Assembly: GCA_964543205.1 (NCBI GenBank) | Contig: CAZIXB010000002.1 | Location: 1-38,812 of the forward strand | Direction: 5' to 3' | Source of the DNA: an uncultured Victivallales bacterium | GTDB taxonomy: Bacteria > Verrucomicrobiota > Kiritimatiellia > UBA8416 > CAYSRM01 | DNA: 38,812 nt | In this document: piece by piece, positions 36,889-38,812 of the stretch | How positions within the stretch are numbered: the stretch's first letter is position 1 | Layout of the letters: each line of letters opens with the position of its first letter | Translations under genes and position numbers: made by a program | Notes under the pieces: generated by a model | Databases searched by the model: none | What the model was told of the DNA's origin: nothing | What the model saw: the letters and a program-made list of their open reading frames with translations, nothing else

Positions 36889-37044
36889 TTCTCTCTCCAT
36901 CCAACCCAAATCCCACACTCTAACCCTCTGCCTAATGAACGTCTCGAGCACGCCAGCGCCTCGGGACAAATGACGCGAGCAAAGCGAGCAAATGACCCGC
37001 CACAAGCTTCGCAAGCAGGCGGACAGGCCAATGCCACCCCCCTT

Positions 37045-37731
37045 TTATCCCTCAGTCCTGTAACTCCCCGCTACATCCAATTCCTTAACAGACTCAAAAT
37101 AACCTGCAATAGCTTTATCATATTCCGCGGTATGAGCGAATGCTTTCCTTGCCAGCCTGAACCTTGTACCCAGGCAAAGCTTCCCATAGTTGTCAGACAA
37201 TTCCTGTACTATCCCGGCGTAATCCCCCGGATCCGTTACAGAAGCAACCCGAAGAAAATTCTTGGCCGCCGCGCGCACCATACACGGGCCGCCTATGTCA
37301 ATATTAGTTCTTGCCATCTCAGGGGTCACGTTGGATGCCCCCACTGTCTCCTTGAACGGATAGAGATTCGCTGCAACCATGTCAATAGAAACACCGCCAA
37401 CCCTGGAAAGATCTTTGGCATGCGCCTCATTATATGTTTCGCTTAACAAGCCGAGATAAATCTTAAAATCAAGAGTTTTAACAAGTCCGCCCTGCATCTC
37501 CGGCTGCCCTGTGTATGCAGAAACCGAGACAAGATTTCTATCTTTCTGTTCAGGCGTAAGCGAGGCTTCAATAACACGGTATGTGCCACCTGTTGAATAA
37601 AACACCACGTCCGGATTAATATCTATCATGGAGCTGACAAATTCCTCCACCCCAGTCTTGTCAGAACAACTTACAAGAATATGCCGCACCCTGATTTCAT
37701 CGTCAATCCGCTCTACAATATTTAATGCCAT
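37045..37731 (-). CDS. stand-alone IMP cyclohydrolase / MGS-like domain (PurH N-terminal domain only)
   Basis: By eye it aligns to the first ~200 aa of PurH: ILVSCSDKTGVEEF, STGGT, VKTL, ANLYPF, NIDIGGPCMVRAAAKNF, RFRLARKAFAHTAEYDKAIAGYF. It ends where the AICAR transformylase domain would begin. A strong SD, AAGGAGG, precedes the start. Confidence 0.8.
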   Translation of the reverse strand: MALNIVERIDDEIRVRHILVSCSDKTGVEEFVSSMIDINPDVVFYSTGGTYRVIEASLTPEQKDRNLVSVSAYTGQPEMQGGLVKTLDFKIYLGLLSETYNEAHAKDLSRVGGVSIDMVAANLYPFKETVGASNVTPEMARTNIDIGGPCMVRAAAKNFLRVASVTDPGDYAGIVQELSDNYGKLCLGTRFRLARKAFAHTAEYDKAIAGYFESVKELDVAGSYRTEG

Positions 37732-37864
37732 CTGCCTGCCTCCTTCTTTATCTTCTCAGAATAAGCCAGATTCTAACGCCCCTCCACCATAAAAACAAGC
37801 TCCCCCCGTACCGGCAACACCCGGCTCAACACATTTACCCCTCACGCCCCCCTCCTCTTTCAGC

Positions 37865-37893
37865 TTGCCACCGGCTTTGCCGGGATTTACCAT
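37865..37893 (+). promoter_or_regulatory. candidate promoter giving a near-leaderless tsaB mRNA
   Basis: TTGCCA (37865-37870), a 17-nt spacer, then TACCAT (37888-37893). Only 9 nt separate the -10 from ATG 37903 and no SD is visible. Confidence 0.35.
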
Positions 37894-37902
37894 TGCGCCA
37901 CA

Positions 37903-38580
37903 ATGCTTATACTAGCAATAGAATATTCTACCCCGCAAGGGAGCGTGGCAATATCCGACAATGGCCGTGTGCTTGCATGTGACGCCTGGCAGGATACAGG
38001 CTTGCGCAACAATGAGTTCTACAAGACTCTACCCGCAACGCTCAGCAAAGCGGCCATAAGCCTGGATGATGTCCAGACCATAGCCATCGGACTGGGGCCC
38101 GGGAGATTTTCCAATCTCAGGATAGCTTTATCAACCGCGCGCGGAATTGCCGCGCCAGTCCATAAAATCATTTACGGGATCACAAGCGTAGAGGCGCTTG
38201 CCCGGCCATACAGCATCGCAAATCCCAATAAAACAATAACAGTTATCGGTGACGCACGGCGCAATACTATATGGCACGCGGACTTCAAATACGACTCCAG
38301 TCAAGGAGGCATCTCGGAAACCAGGCCTCTTTCTCTGACATCGAACAATAACGCTGAAACCGCTTTTAAAAATTCCGATCTCGTGCTGACATCCGAATGG
38401 GACCGGCTTTCAGACCTGTTAAAGAAACACGCCCCGGCACATTCGGTCATTGAAAAAGATGTCTATCCTAAAGCAGACGATCTCGCAGAACTCGCAGAAA
38501 CAAAACTGAAGTTTGGCATCAAATCAATGCCGCTGGCTCCCGTCTATATGCATCCGCCGGTGAGGAGCCCGGTGGAGTAG
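37903..38580 (+). CDS. tsaB: tRNA t6A37 threonylcarbamoyl-transfer protein TsaB (YeaZ)
   Basis: MLILAIEYSTPQGSVAI N-terminus, then AIGLGPGRFSNLRIALSTARGIA (the TsaB GPGSFTGLRIG-like motif). The last codons and the stop lie within the tRNA-derived repeat. Confidence 0.85.
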   Translation: MLILAIEYSTPQGSVAISDNGRVLACDAWQDTGLRNNEFYKTLPATLSKAAISLDDVQTIAIGLGPGRFSNLRIALSTARGIAAPVHKIIYGITSVEALARPYSIANPNKTITVIGDARRNTIWHADFKYDSSQGGISETRPLSLTSNNNAETAFKNSDLVLTSEWDRLSDLLKKHAPAHSVIEKDVYPKADDLAELAETKLKFGIKSMPLAPVYMHPPVRSPVE

Positions 38581-38593
38581 AGGCGGAGGGATT
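38572..38593. repeat. direct repeat copy 1: duplicate of the tRNA-Lys 3' end
   Basis: GTGGAGTAGAGGCGGAGGGATT is identical over 22 nt to 38762-38783. The sequence diverges immediately afterwards, within the T-loop position. Confidence 0.9.
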
Positions 38594-38761
38594 GCTGCGG
38601 GCGCCTCCCGACACCCTTGCCCTGCGGGGCTGGCTCAAAGCCAGCCACTACCTCGGGGGCCCCGCGCCGAGGTAGACAAACCCACTTCGCGGGTTCTCAT
38701 CCCTCTTCGAAAACACGCTTCATTTCAGTCTAAAGATTGGTGATGTGCCCGGAATGTACCC

Positions 38762-38783
38762 GTGGAGTAGAGGCGGAGGGATT
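38762..38783. repeat. direct repeat copy 2: authentic 3' end of the tRNA-Lys gene
   Basis: The same 22-mer, here continuous with the T-loop, T-stem and anticodon arm of the tRNA on the minus strand. Confidence 0.9.
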
Positions 38784-38812
38784 CGAACCCACGACCCGCG
38801 GATTAAGAGTCC
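38768..38812 (-). tRNA. tRNA-Lys(CUU), 3' part only; the 5' part lies beyond the window edge
   Basis: The minus strand reads GGA-CUCUUAA-UCCGC (anticodon loop with CUU), variable loop GGGUC, T-arm GUGGG-UUCGAAU-CCCUC (one U-U mismatch), acceptor 3' strand CGCCUCU and discriminator A. CCA is not encoded. Confidence 0.7.

Noticed and set aside
36889-37044. Possible preQ1 riboswitch or operator in the 156-nt leader upstream of queD. The region includes the tandem GCGAGCAAA GCGAGCAAA (36975-36992), flanked by AAATGAC repeats.
   Set aside because: The minus-strand leader lacks the preQ1-I hairpin plus the CCCUC...A-rich tail consensus, and no preQ1-II/III-like pseudoknot is evident. The short tandem repeat is only two copies of 9 nt and could be chance. 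An Rfam scan would settle it.
1-38812. CRISPR arrays, rRNA genes, IS elements/transposases and prophage or defence-island content.
   Set aside because: I found no regularly spaced repeats, no rRNA-like sequence, and no transposase, integrase or phage structural motifs in any of the six frames. The only mobile-element-like signal is the tRNA-Lys 3'-end duplication, reported separately.

Overview
This 38.8-kb window is tightly packed core chromosome from a diderm bacterium. LptD, a GspG-type pseudopilin and the overall gene content loosely suggest the PVC group, but that is a low-confidence guess. I support about 38 CDS and one partial tRNA. I see no rRNA, CRISPR array, transposase or integrase.

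Layout:
- 1-6360 (+): MFS transporter (5' partial), SAM methyltransferase, smc, and a suhB-like inositol monophosphatase.
- 6332-18447 (-): one roughly 12-kb run, mreB-mreC-mreD-mrdA-rodA-rng-lptD-polB-gspG, with junctions of -4 to +50 nt.
- 18673-19257 (+): an orphan wHTH / degenerate nucleotidyltransferase-like ORF.
- 19272-26609 (-): rsmD-coaD-yceD-rpmF-plsX-fabH-fabD-fabG-acpP-fabF.
- 26877-31229 (+): accD, a ParB-N-domain ORF, accA, and a 5S-carboxyltransferase::AccB fusion, closed by a perfect 21-bp hairpin.
- 31302-37731 (-): a hypothetical ORF, aroB, fmt, split class-I fumarate hydratase, a PHP phosphoesterase, queD, and a stand-alone IMP-cyclohydrolase domain.
- 37903-38580 (+): tsaB, followed by a structured ~168-bp insert flanked by 22-bp direct repeats of the 3' end of a tRNA-Lys(CUU) gene. 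That tRNA runs off the right edge of the window.

Most worth following up:
- The accD-parBN-accA-(5S CT::BCCP) unit may be an ATP-independent oxaloacetate:acetyl-CoA transcarboxylase.
- An intact family-B DNA polymerase with an archaeal-type DTDG motif is translationally coupled to a pseudopilin at the tail of the cell-envelope operon.
- A ParB N-terminal-domain-only protein is ATGA-coupled to accD.

Several ORF-track starts are TTG or GTG codons. In those cases an internal ATG preceded by a Shine-Dalgarno sequence is the more likely start, and I note this per feature. All family assignments rest on motif recognition by eye; no searches were run.
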